64,000 nt of DNA, taken from assembly GCA_013239625.1 (NCBI GenBank), contig MU053557.1, positions 5,715,842-5,779,841 on the forward strand, given 5' to 3'. The number at the start of each line of letters is the position of its first letter. Position 1 is the first letter of the stretch. The DNA is from Lama guanicoe (lineage: Eukaryota). The position numbers were made by a program, and so were the translations under genes. Below are positions 44,286-55,385 of this stretch, one piece after another. The notes under the pieces were generated by a model. It did not search any database. It had not been told where the DNA came from and saw only the letters and a program-made list of their open reading frames with translations.

Positions 44286-44714
44286 TGACCCCCAGCACCC
44301 GGCAGCCTTGGCATTTCCTGGACAGTGTCCTTGAGAGGAGAAAATATGGGCTAGGGTATGTGGGTAAGAGTCAAATGAGTGTATTTCCTTCTACAACGGC
44401 TGAATGCTATGGGCCTTTGAGGATGAATCACACCTGCTCTTTGCCTTCAAGGAGCTCCTAGTCCAGGAGGGAGATGAGTCCCACGGTCTCGTAAGCAGAA
44501 TATGAGTCAGGCAGTGCTTTGTGTGGTATGAGACGTTTTCACAAGTGCTGTGGGGGGTGGTCTCTGGAGTTGGGCCTGGAAGGAAAGACTACCCTTTGGA
44601 CCTATGGCACTGAAGGGTACGGCATTCTGGGAGAGAGTGGCACCTACAAAGGATATAGGGTAAGGGCACACGCTGTGACTCTGCTTATGTTTCTCTTTTC
44701 ATCCGTGACCCCTT

Positions 44715-45230
44715 TCTCATTTATAGTTGATTTACAATCATGTGTTAGTCTCAGGTGTACACAGCACAGTGATTCAGTTACATATATATCTGTAAATGTT
44801 TTTGTATTTTCCATTATAGGTTATTATAAGATACTGAATATTGTTCCCTGTGTTATACAGTCCATTCTTGTTGCTTATCTACTTTGTACATAGAAGTATG
44901 TAGCTGTTAATCCCATATTTGTAATTTATTCTTTCACCCACCCCACTTTGGTTACTGTAAATTTGTTTTCTGTGTCTGTTTCTATTTTGTAAACGGGCAG
45001 TTGATGGGGAGTATTTTTTAGATTCCACATACGAGTGAGTGACCGAGTGTTTGATGGGGACTGCTGTACTGTACTGTACACTTTTCAGAGTGCACGTACG
45101 AGTGACCGAGTGACCGGTTGGTTGGTTGATGGGGACTGCTGTTTTTAGATTGCCCATAAAACTGACACCATGTTTGCCTTTCTCTTTCATCTCTTAGTAT
45201 CATAATCACTAGGTCTCTCTATGTTGCTGA
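44715..45230 (-). mobile_element. Lineage-type L1 3' end (antisense) in the last intron, with an internal tandem rearrangement
   Basis: atagttgatttacaat...cagcacagtgattcagttac...ccattataggttattataagatactgaatattgttccctgtg...ttagattccacatacgagtga. Confidence 0.8.
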
Positions 45231-45281
45231 ATCCCTTCTCCCTTCTCCCTTCTCCCTCGTGGTTTTATGAAGGAGCAGTAA

Positions 45282-45446
<165 letters not shown>

Positions 45447-48400
45447 CCTCAGCCCCCACAGTCACACTGAATGTGACAGCAGGGATGTCCTACCATACGC
45501 TGAGCCAGACTGATCTGCAGAGTGGTGAGCCGGGCCTGGGCTGGCCAAGCACTTCTGAGCAATACTCTGCTGTGGCCCAGAAAGGGCCGGGAGGAGAGCC
45601 CGGGCAGTCCACAGGCACCTCAGAGCATCCAGTGCTGGGTCTGTGGCTGGTAGGACCTCTACAGCCACCAGAGGTCCGTTCCACTCCCAGCCTTTCATGG
45701 GGAGGCCACTGCCTGCTGGTAGAAGGCCACTCGCTGGTAGGAGGGAGTCCTCAAGACTCTTCTTCCCTCACTGTGTTCTACCACCCATACCCAGTCCTTC
45801 AGCCCATCACTTCCTGCCCCAGCAGGGTGTCCCCTGGGTATTAGCTGCCATATCTTACCTGTCGTCCAGAGGATAAGAGAGAAAGAGCCCAGCAGGGCCT
45901 TTTGCCAAGCTGGGGAGAGACTGGACATTTCCCTGAATGTTTTGAGCCAGGCCCTTCCGCAGCATCAGCTGGGCACCCAGAGTCAGTCACTAAGCTGGAT
46001 GTAAGGGTGGTCACCTCAAGAGAACTCTGGACCTCCACCCACATTCTGGTTCCTACCTTCGCATCTCCCCTTCCCTCCGTGGGGAGAGAATCGCTGGTTC
46101 CTACAGTATCCAGCAGTCCTCCAGGCCTCCTTCAGGGCCCTGGGGCACTGCCATGCCATTTGGACCCAGAGACCCAGGTCTCAACTCTTTCCCCCATTCC
46201 TCCCCCTGGGATATGACATGTGTGGTGTTTCCTGTGGTAAAAGACGGAGGCGGTTGTGGAGTCTGCCGTGTCCATGTCGCAGTGTTCATCCGCGGTCCCG
46301 CAGCCCACCCAGCCTTGGCCCTGGCCGATTCGGGGCAGAGTGGGTGAGACCGCCCTCCCTGCCCTGCCCCAGCTGCCTGTGGCCGAGGGTTCCTAGAGAC
46401 CCCCTTAACTTCCCCAGTACTAAGAAGCTAAAGTTTTTTAATATTTTTTTTCTTGGTGCCAGAGTTTATACCCTGGGTTCTGGGGTCACACTGTGTTACA
46501 TATATATAGTGTATATATATATTATATTTTTTTTTGGTTAGGTTTGTTTTTAATTCAGTCATACAAAATGGTGGCAAGCCCCAGTCCCAAAGGGTATCCT
46601 ATCTCAGTGCTGGAGTTTGAGGTGGAAGCGGGGAGTACGTGCCCGCATGTGGTGGGACCTCGAGGAGACAGTATGGGAGGGCCCTGAGACGTCTCGGTTC
46701 CTCTCTCAAGTGCCATGGCCGTCCTGGGGCTACCCCAGGCAAACAGAGCCCGTGAGATGCAGAGGGGAAGACTTTCTCTAGGACAGCTGGCTGCATGAAG
46801 CGCAGTGACCCTGGGTGACTTTTGGCCAAAGGAAATAACCAGGCTGGGGTGGGAGATCTCAGGGCCAAAAGCTGGCCTGTTCCCCTCCCCTCAACATGGT
46901 GCTAGGTTGGGAGCTACCCTCGGAGCTGGGAGGCCCCTGGGACCCAGAGACTGTCTCGAGGCCCCCCTGCAGACAAGGGGAACTCCAGGCTATTTTCTGG
47001 TTGGGGCTTGCTCCTACCCCCCCTATCTTTTAACAATGTGAAGTGACAGGCTGGGCTGCCTGTCCCCAGCCAGTTCAGCTTGGAACTGACACCCACAAAG
47101 TGGTTTCTAGAGAGCCTTGTCTTATTCAGAAGACTCTAGTGTGTTGGGGCTGGAGGGTCCTTCAACGAACGGGTATAGACATAGGTCTGGAAAGGGGAGG
47201 TGTTCCTGGGCTGAGATTGGGAGCAGGGCCAAAAATTGAACTGGAGGCTCCCGATTCTGAGTCTAGCACTCTTCTGCCAATGCCACACTGCCTCAGAGCC
47301 CATCCTTGGGACCCTACTCTGTGCCAGGTTTCCTGTCCCTCCCTCTGTCACACCCTCGGTCATTCCAGGATATGGGGACAAACCACTCCTTCCCCGCCAG
47401 GGTGCCTTTGAACCTTCTCAGTTCCAGATTGGAGTTTGTGTCCCTGTCACTCTCTCCCTCGTCACAAGGTCCTTCCCCAGCCTGGGAGCCTGGCTCAGTC
47501 TTAGTTCCCAGCTTCCGCACTGGGATGAAGCAGTGTGTCAGATGCTCCACAGGGCCAGCTGGGGAGGGTTCCATTGTCCCACCAGAGAAGTGTCCCCATC
47601 ATGTTTCTCATTGGGGCCTTAGAGCCCAGGAACCCTGGGCACTGCCGACACGGCAGGGGAGGAGGAGCCAGTGTCAGAGGACAGGGTGCCATGCCTGCAT
47701 GTACGCCCACCAAGACTTACCTGCACCAGGACCAGGCTCCCAGCGTGGGCAGCAGCTCCCACGGTGCACATCCCAGGCCTCACTTAACCTTCTGTCGCTG
47801 CGCGGCTCGGGCTCCGTGACCTGCAAGAACCTTACACCTCCCACCTTCTGAAATCTTTGCTCCGGGCCTGGACGCCTGCCCCCGTCTCTGCGGGCTCAGA
47901 ATGCCAGGTCGGCAGGCAGGCCCACCTCCCTAGGCCTCTCATCTGAAGAAGGAACGGGCAGGTTTGAGGCCCCTGGGGAGCAGAGGAAACACTGGGGATT
48001 TTTGTCCAGGCCCTTCTGGGGGGCTGGGGACTTGGCCTGTCACATATTCTAAGTCTGTCTTGTCACTGCTACTTCTTCCCTGCCCGCTATCGAATCTGTC
48101 GAGGACCCACCGCCAGGACCTGTAGGTGCTGGGGAGGGAGAGAGACACAAGTCGTCTAGGAGCTCTCAGCTGCTGAGCACACAGATCTCCTCACGGGAGG
48201 AGAAAGCCAGAGGTCAGTGGGGGCGGCGACATCAGCATGGTCAGTGGTCACCAAGTCACTGTCTGGTCCAGAAAAAATTATAGGAGAGAAGGAGCTTCAA
48301 CAGCATAGGTGACTCTCCCATCCCTTCTGCCATCTCCTCCACACACCTTTGCCCTGGGGAGGCCTGGGGGGCTGTGTCTCCTGCGCTGCCTCGGTCACTC

Positions 48401-48649
48401 GGGGCTCTAGAGCTGCCCACGCCGTGGGCGTCCTGCCCTCGGAGGAGAAGTCTGAGGCTTAAAGCTGCGTCTCTTCTGAGCCGCTAAGTGGGAGCGGCCG
48501 GTGCCACCGGGGCCCAGCAGAGGAACCCGGGGTCTGTTCCCAGTAGCAGAAAAACTGCTGGACGGACCCACAGAGATGGGTGGGCCCCACATCAAGTGGT
48601 CCCCACAGGTTGGTTAGTGGCAAAAACAAGTAAATGTTGTCCCAGATAC

Positions 48650-49160
48650 TTTATAATGAACTTCCACTACCCACTGTTTAGCCGTAACGTATTGCCACCT
48701 TTATCCTTCTTTCTCTGTACATTTCTTCTGAACTAGTTTAAAAGTTGCAAGTACCATGAGACTTCACCCCAAATGCTTCAATGTGCATCTCCTTAGATGT
48801 GGGACTTTCTCCTACAATTGGCCCATTTATCACCCCAGACAACAGTGATTTCCCCACAACATCTGCTCTTCAGTCCACATTTAAATTCCACCCCCGCCCC
48901 AAACTTACACCTGCTCTTGGAATCAGGAATTAGTTAAGGTACACACGTTGCATCTTGTAATTTTGTTTTCTAAAATCTCTTGAGAGGCTGAAAAGTTTCC
49001 CTTCTGCTCAGTTTGATTTTTAAAATGACATTATTTCCAAGGTTAGCGGGCTGCTGTCCTGTGGAAATCCCACATTCTGAATTTGTCTGTTTCTTCACGG
49101 TGTCATAAAACACGTTCCTCTGACCCTTGTATTGGCGAGGGTAATTCAGGCTGTGTGAAT
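48650..49160 (-). mobile_element. Ancient L1MC-like 3' fragment within the 3' UTR
   Basis: cttcaccccaaatgcttcaatgtgcatctcct...cagtccacatttaaattcc...cccacattctgaatttgtctgtttc; approximate. Confidence 0.55.
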
Positions 49161-50318
49161 TTTTACCATTTGTACTGACTTGAGAACGTCAGCCTAAGAT
49201 GCCCCCCTGCTGTCACCTGTACCAAGTGCCAAAGCAGCAGAGGGACGGGCCGGAGCTCCTGGAGAGGGTGAGGGAGCCAGCATCTCAGCTGGGCCTGGGA
49301 GGAAGGGCCAGGGAGAGTCAGGAAAGAGGAGGCTACACATGTGGAGTGGAGGGCGGACCAGGCAGCGTTGGGCCTGTTGAGAAGGAGGTGCCTCTGGCTC
49401 AGAAGATTGGTGCTGCCCTCTTTGATCCTGGTGGTGGACCACAGGAAGCCAAACATCACTGCTCTGTTTTGTGGTCTCTGGGTTTCCATCTCCTGGAGGC
49501 CCATGGTCTGTGTGCACTGGAGCAGAGCCAGCCCCTGGGATGTACCAGGGAAGAGCCCAGTGGGGGAGCGGCCTTGCCCAAGCTGTGATGTGAGAAGAGC
49601 CCTGGGGTGGAGGGAGGAGATGTGAAAGTTTGTCCCAACTGAATCCATTTAGTAGCTGAGTGACAGTTTTCCTCATCTACAGACTGAGCAGGTGGGGCTA
49701 CAGCACGGATTTTCAGATGTCAGGGAAGGAAGCAGGTCTGCTCTAGCTGAAGTGAGGATGGGGGTCCCCGGTCCCCTCACCCCTGCCTGCGAGGCAGTGC
49801 TGGATTCCCAGGTGGCTTACCCTGGGCTGCCTGCAACCAGAGGCTTGCCCTCGCCAGCTCTTTGGCCAGAGACTTTTTTTTTTTTTAAGTTCCCACAAGG
49901 GACAGGCATGGGCCCTGTGCAGGGTCAATGTCAAGGGCCTAGAGGATACTCTGGCTATTTTATCCTAATAAGTTCATCTCTCCCTCTCTGCTTCCTCGCT
50001 GTGGCCCTTGAGGAGAGTGAGGGAGGAGAGGGTTTTCTATGACTGTGCTAGCTTTTATTATCAGCAAGAGGGCTCCTTTTGTAATTTGTGCATGAAATTC
50101 ATGTCATTTCCTGGGGAGAGGAGAGGGCTGACTGGAGAGGGTGGGGGGCACACTCAGTGTGGGGGAAGGTAGAGGTTTCCTTCCTTTGTAGGGGTGGGGA
50201 GAGGGATGGAGAGAGGGCACCCCCTACTCACCTCATCAGGGCTCTCAAACCAGCCGTTTTGGGTTGTGTTAAAAGCGGGAACCTTCCTCCATTAATGTAC
50301 AATCTCGAACTAACTGCT

Positions 50319-50324
50319 AATAAA
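50319..50324 (+). terminator. Polyadenylation signal AATAAA of NDST1
   Basis: TGTA about 20 nt upstream (50296); candidate CA cleavage ~18-20 nt downstream (tttgtaCA); GT/T-rich sequence follows. Confidence 0.8.
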
Positions 50325-50424
50325 GTGGGGTTCTGTTTGTACACATTGGTCACATCTGTCTGACCTTTTTGCAAGGCCTGCAGGGGAGGGTGGACAGAAG
50401 GATGTTTGAATGCACAGCCAATCG

Positions 50425-50459
50425 ACGCGCGCGCGCACACACACATGCACATGCGCGCA
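50425..50459. repeat. Alternating purine-pyrimidine tract (CG)n(CA)n
   Basis: cgcgcgcgcgcacacacacatgcacatgcgcgca. Confidence 0.8.
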
Positions 50460-52319
50460 GTCACTGTCAAATCAAAGACGAGTCCCATGAACTGTAAACT
50501 GAAGCCTTTCCAGACAGCTCAGGCCTGTTTCAGGACAGCCAAGTGGGGTGTCTCGAATGACAATCCTTCAGCCATGCCCACTTGCTGAGAAATGCTAGGG
50601 ATTGACCCCAGCACTGGGAGGAGACTCAGTCTAGAGCTAGTCCTGCTCTGAATGCGTATTATGACTGGGGACAAGTCCCTCCTTTTTGAGCCTCAGTTTC
50701 CCTCACCTCTTAGGGGTGTGGGAGGAGCTGGGCTCAGCGGCCACTCTGGAGAACTTAAACTGCAGACTCCCTGCCTGAGATTTCTGTCCAGCAGGTGCAG
50801 GGTGAGGCCCAGGCACCTGCATTTTTAACAACCTCTCCAACACACAGAGACCCCCACCCTGGGAAACCCTGGCTCAGATAGATGGTTCCTATGGCTTCTA
50901 ATTCATTCAAAGTCCCAGTGTCTGAGGAATGAACACTTCGGGTGAAACAAGTGCCTTTCTAGCCCTCCCAGCCGGACTGAGCACCAGATGTGCAGTGGAG
51001 GGGCAGAGGAGGGGAGCAGAGAGGCCCTGGCAGCTATCTGCAGTGCGGGGGGGTCTGCCCTGCCCCCTCAGAGCCCCCTGCGGAACTTTACAAAAGGGGA
51101 CAGGGACCCTGAAGTGTGGCTTTTAAAAGCCTGCTGCACAGGGAAGTGTGGGAACACCGAATCAGGTCACTGAGTGTGAGCAAGAGACGGTGCCCAGGCT
51201 TGTGGACGGCTGCCACTGGGGCGGGCTGGGACACGGCTGGGAGCTTAGTGCGGGTCCTGTGGCGACAAGGAGAACATGGCCGGAGGCTGCATCAGTGGGA
51301 GCAGTGGATCTGCCTGATACACAAGGGATTCCTGCACCAGGTGAGCAGTCAGGCTACATCAGAGATTTCTGAATGTTTTAACAGCTGACTTTTTTTTTTT
51401 TTTAAGAAAAGAAACTGCATTGAAAACCAGATAAAGGCAGGGTGTTCTGATTGGAGTTGGGGTGAGGGTCTGGACTAACCAACTCAGCTCCTCCCCTCTG
51501 TCCTGAGAACCCTAAGATGCCTTGAGACACGTGAACGCCCAGCATAGCTGCTCTCAGAGGCCCCAAGAATCCTGCAGTTCTAACAGGTTGAGTGGAGGAA
51601 GGCACCCTGGGCCTTCCTCACTGCCTAAATAAGTCCCCTCAGGGAATTTGGTGCCCGAGGGACAGTCCCAGATCCTGGCAAAGCCCTGGATTGGGTTCCC
51701 TGGAAACAACCTAGATGTCCATTCACAGAGGATCAGTGGGAACACGATGATGTTGAGTCATCAGCCCCAACTTCCCCCAGGGAAGTTTCTTTAAGACTAG
51801 CCTACAGTGTGACCATTTGTGGGAAGAGAATGCTACATCGTGTGTGTTCTTCCTGACAATACAGCTTTCCCTCTCTCATGCCAAACTGATAACGGATTAC
51901 TTCTGGAAAAGAGGGGGAGGGAGCAGGGTGAGGGGAGAGGAAGATTTCAAAGGGGACTTCAGCTTTGGCTGAAATATTTTAATAAAAACAAAGATAATGT
52001 ATTCATGTGTCATTTGTGGGGTGAAAAATGCCTCAAAAATAACCAGAATTGAGTGAAGCAGAAAAGGGGGGCCCAGGCAGCTGGACTGTTGTGTGATACC
52101 GCCCTAAAGACATGCCTGCTGTCCGCCCAGCCCACAGGCACCGGCAGTGCAGGCCCTGAGGAGACCCTGGCACCGGGTGGTGGTGGGGGGACGTTCCTGC
52201 CTTGCTGCAGGTACCCTGAGCACCTGTCAATAGCCTGCGCTGAGGGTCCAGACTTGCTGTGTGATTATACGAGAGTCTCAGCTCAGAGGTTGGGGAGTTA
52301 GAGTGAACATCAGTATTGG

Positions 52320-52785
52320 GACAAACCACCATCCATCACATGAGAAGAACACAGCCTAACACCTGTGAAAATCTGCACAAAAAACATGAAAGAATGCTAC
52401 CAGGAGGAAACAGCAGGTGCATCCATGTTGAGGGACATTCTGCCAAGTAACTGGCCTGAACCCTAAAGTGCCAAGGTCACGAAAGATAAACAAAGGTTCA
52501 TCTGAGAAGTGGTTCCAGATTAAGGAATACTAAAGGGACTGGGCAATCAAACATCCCTGGTGATCCCGGAAGGGTCCTAGACCAAGAAGCAATTACCTAT
52601 AAAGAACACCGTATGGAAAACAGGCAAAAAGTGAATAGGGCCTGTGTGGATTGGGTAATAGTATCGTACCAGTGTTGAACTACCTGATTTTGATTACTGT
52701 ACTGTTATGTAAGAGTATGCCATTGCGCTTAGGTAGTATATGCTGAAATACTCATGGGTAAAAGGGAAGCAATAAAGCTGATTTT
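52320..52785 (+). mobile_element. Ancient L1MC/ME 3' fragment
   Basis: gagggacattctgccaagtaactggcctg...ttccagattaagg...cctgattttgattactgtactgttatgtaagag...aataaa. Confidence 0.7.
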
Positions 52786-52818
52786 TGACTGGTGAGCTTT
52801 CTCTAATGGGTTACCTGA

Positions 52819-52851
52819 TGCAGTTCAGACCATGTCCGCCAGGGGGCACTG
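52819..52851 (+). promoter_or_regulatory. CTCF motif with upstream (ZF9-11) TGCAG module
   Basis: TGCAG 52819-52823, a 12-nt gap, then CCGCCAGGGGGCACTG 52836-52851. Confidence 0.65.
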
Positions 52852-54094
52852 TCATCCCAGCCTCTCGCTGGCTAGGTCTGCGTGATCACCACCACAGACT
52901 GGGCTGGTGGTTACGGTGGTGAGGTCATGGTATTAAGAATAATAACATGAATAAGATAACTTATTTCTTGCTCTGACAGGAAGGCTCTCTGCTTGTCAAG
53001 TATCACTTCTTAATCCTTGCCACAAACCCCAGGTAGCTATTACCATCATTCCCGTTATGTACATGAGGAGTCTGAGGTTCAGAGAGATTAAGTAACTCTG
53101 CCAGAATCACAGAGCTCAGAGCCTTTGGTCTCTCAGACTCCACAGCCTGAAGCCCACGGGGTCGTCCTGCCTCCTGTCATGAGGCCGAGTGGGGGGGGGG
53201 CTTACCGAACCTGCGCCTGCGCCTCAGCAGGCTGGGCACCGGGCAGTCCTGGGGTGCCGTGAAGGCACTTTATGTACATCCATCAGGAGAATAACAAACA
53301 ACAGTGCCTGCAGTGACATCCAAGGCACCCTTTAACCCCCGACCCTCACTTCTTCCGGGATAACCACCACTACCAGTTTCTGTGGATCTTTCCACAAATT
53401 ATTTGACACAGAGAAGGTAAGCACACATCCTCTGCTGGCCTGTACCCCTCATGCCATTCTGCACTTTGCTTTCTCTCTGGGACCTCTGGGCACTGTGCTG
53501 CTTTGTGTGGTAGCAGACGGAGGTTCTCCTCTGCTTGAGGTATCTGGGGAGACTCCACTGTATTGTCCCTTTAGGGAGGGCTATGCTGAAGCTTAAATCC
53601 TCTAGCCTTTGCCCCATCCTGGGGTGCTGCCCCTTGGGAAGGGAGAAAGCTATATAGCACAGTGGTTGAAAAGTACAGATATGCAGACCTGAGTTCAGAC
53701 AAGTTCCTGTTGGCGCTGTGACCTTGGGCAAGCGCCTCATATCTCTGAGGTGGTCTTCTCTTTTGTGAAATGGGAATTATAAGGGGTGACAGGTGCCAGG
53801 GCTATTCCAACAAGTAAGGCGATAGTGCCTAGAAAACCCTTGCAACGAGTCCACTTCACAAGTGCTCCGTAAAGCCCGATCCAGGTCTTGGCATCAGACT
53901 CACGCAGATCCCATGCCTGGGCCTGGGGGTGGCACTGCCACCTTTGTCCCAAGGCTGATGAGGATGGGATTGAGGGGCCAAGAGGCAAACTCATAGGGGA
54001 AACTCAGCCTTTATGATTCTTCTTTCTGGGACCCTTGAAATTATAATGGTTTGGTGATACGGGACACTGAGAATGACCCCTCCAAATATATGTA

Positions 54095-55385
54095 CAACTA
54101 CCAACTTCACAGACATAAAAAGGATACAAGACCACTATGAATTGCCTGTCAACAAATTGGACAAAATGGGGAAACTCCTAGAAATACACAAGCTGCTAAA
54201 ACTGATTCAAGAAACAGAACATCTGAATAGACAAGTCTGGAGATTTAATCACTTATCAAACAACTCCCAGCATGGAAAAGCCTGGGATCAGAGGGCTTAA
54301 CACCACTCCTCAAGTTCTTTCAAAATAGTGGTGGGAACACTTCTTACCTCATTCTGTAAGTCTAGCATCACCCTGATGTTGAAGCTAGTCAAAGACTCCA
54401 CAAAAAAACTATGAACCAGTATCCCTAATGAATATAGATGCAAAAAATTCTTGAAATATTAGTAAACAAAATTCAGCAGCTTACTAAAAGGATGACAGGC
54501 CATTATCAAGTGGATTTATCCTAGGAATCCAAGGGTGGTTCAACGTAAGAATCAAGATAATATACCACATTTATAGAATACATGATCATCTCAACTGGTG
54601 CAGGGAAAACATTTGGCAAAATCCAGCACCCTTTTGTGGTAAAAACATTAGATGAACTAGGAATGGAAGGGAACTGTCTCATCCTAAGAATGGCCACATA
54701 TGAAAAACACAGCTATCATCATTCTCAATGGTAAACTGAAAACTTTCCCCCTGGAATTATGGAAGGACAAGAATGTCTGCTTTCATCACTTCTATTTAAG
54801 ATCAAGAACTTCTGTTCAACATAGTACTGGAATTTCTAGCCAGAGCAATTAGCCAAGAAAGAGAAATAAAAGACACCACAACTGGAAAGGAAGTAAAACC
54901 ATCTACTTGCACACAACATAATCTTATGTATGCCCGTATATATGTCCACACACACACTGTGAGAGCTAATGCGTTCAGCTAAGTTGCAGGTCACAACATC
55001 AACACAAAAACCAATTTCACTTCTACATACCAGCAGTGAATAATCCAAAATGGAAATGAAGAAAGCAATTCCATTTATCATACCATCCAAAAGAATGTAT
55101 TTTCAGAATACATTTAATCAAGGAGGTGAAAAGCTTGTACTCTGAAAACTGCAAAACACTGCTTAAATTAAAGATGATCTAAATAGGAAAAAAAAATTCC
55201 ATGTTAATTGATTAGAAGACTTAATATTGTTCCAGTAACAATACTACCCAAAGCAATATATGGATTCAATTCAATTCCTATTAAACCTCAGAGTTCTCTT
55301 TTAGAAATGGAGAAAAAAATTAATATTCATATGGAGTTCCAAGGGACCCAGAATTGCCAGAACAACCTTGGCCAAGGACATAGTT
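54095..55385 (+). mobile_element. Old L1M ORF2 fragment, left part (host of nested insertions)
   Basis: Decayed L1 ORF2 (gaatatagatgcaaaaa, ggtggttcaac, RLNIV...ILPKAIYGFNSIPIK); resumes at ~60129. Confidence 0.85.

Larger units (their letters stand above)
45447..50342 (+). other. NDST1: NDST1 3' UTR (~4.9 kb)
   Basis: Runs from the stop to the first clear AATAAA (50319). Consistent with the long (~8 kb) NDST1 mRNA of other mammals. The exact cleavage site is inferred. Confidence 0.75.
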
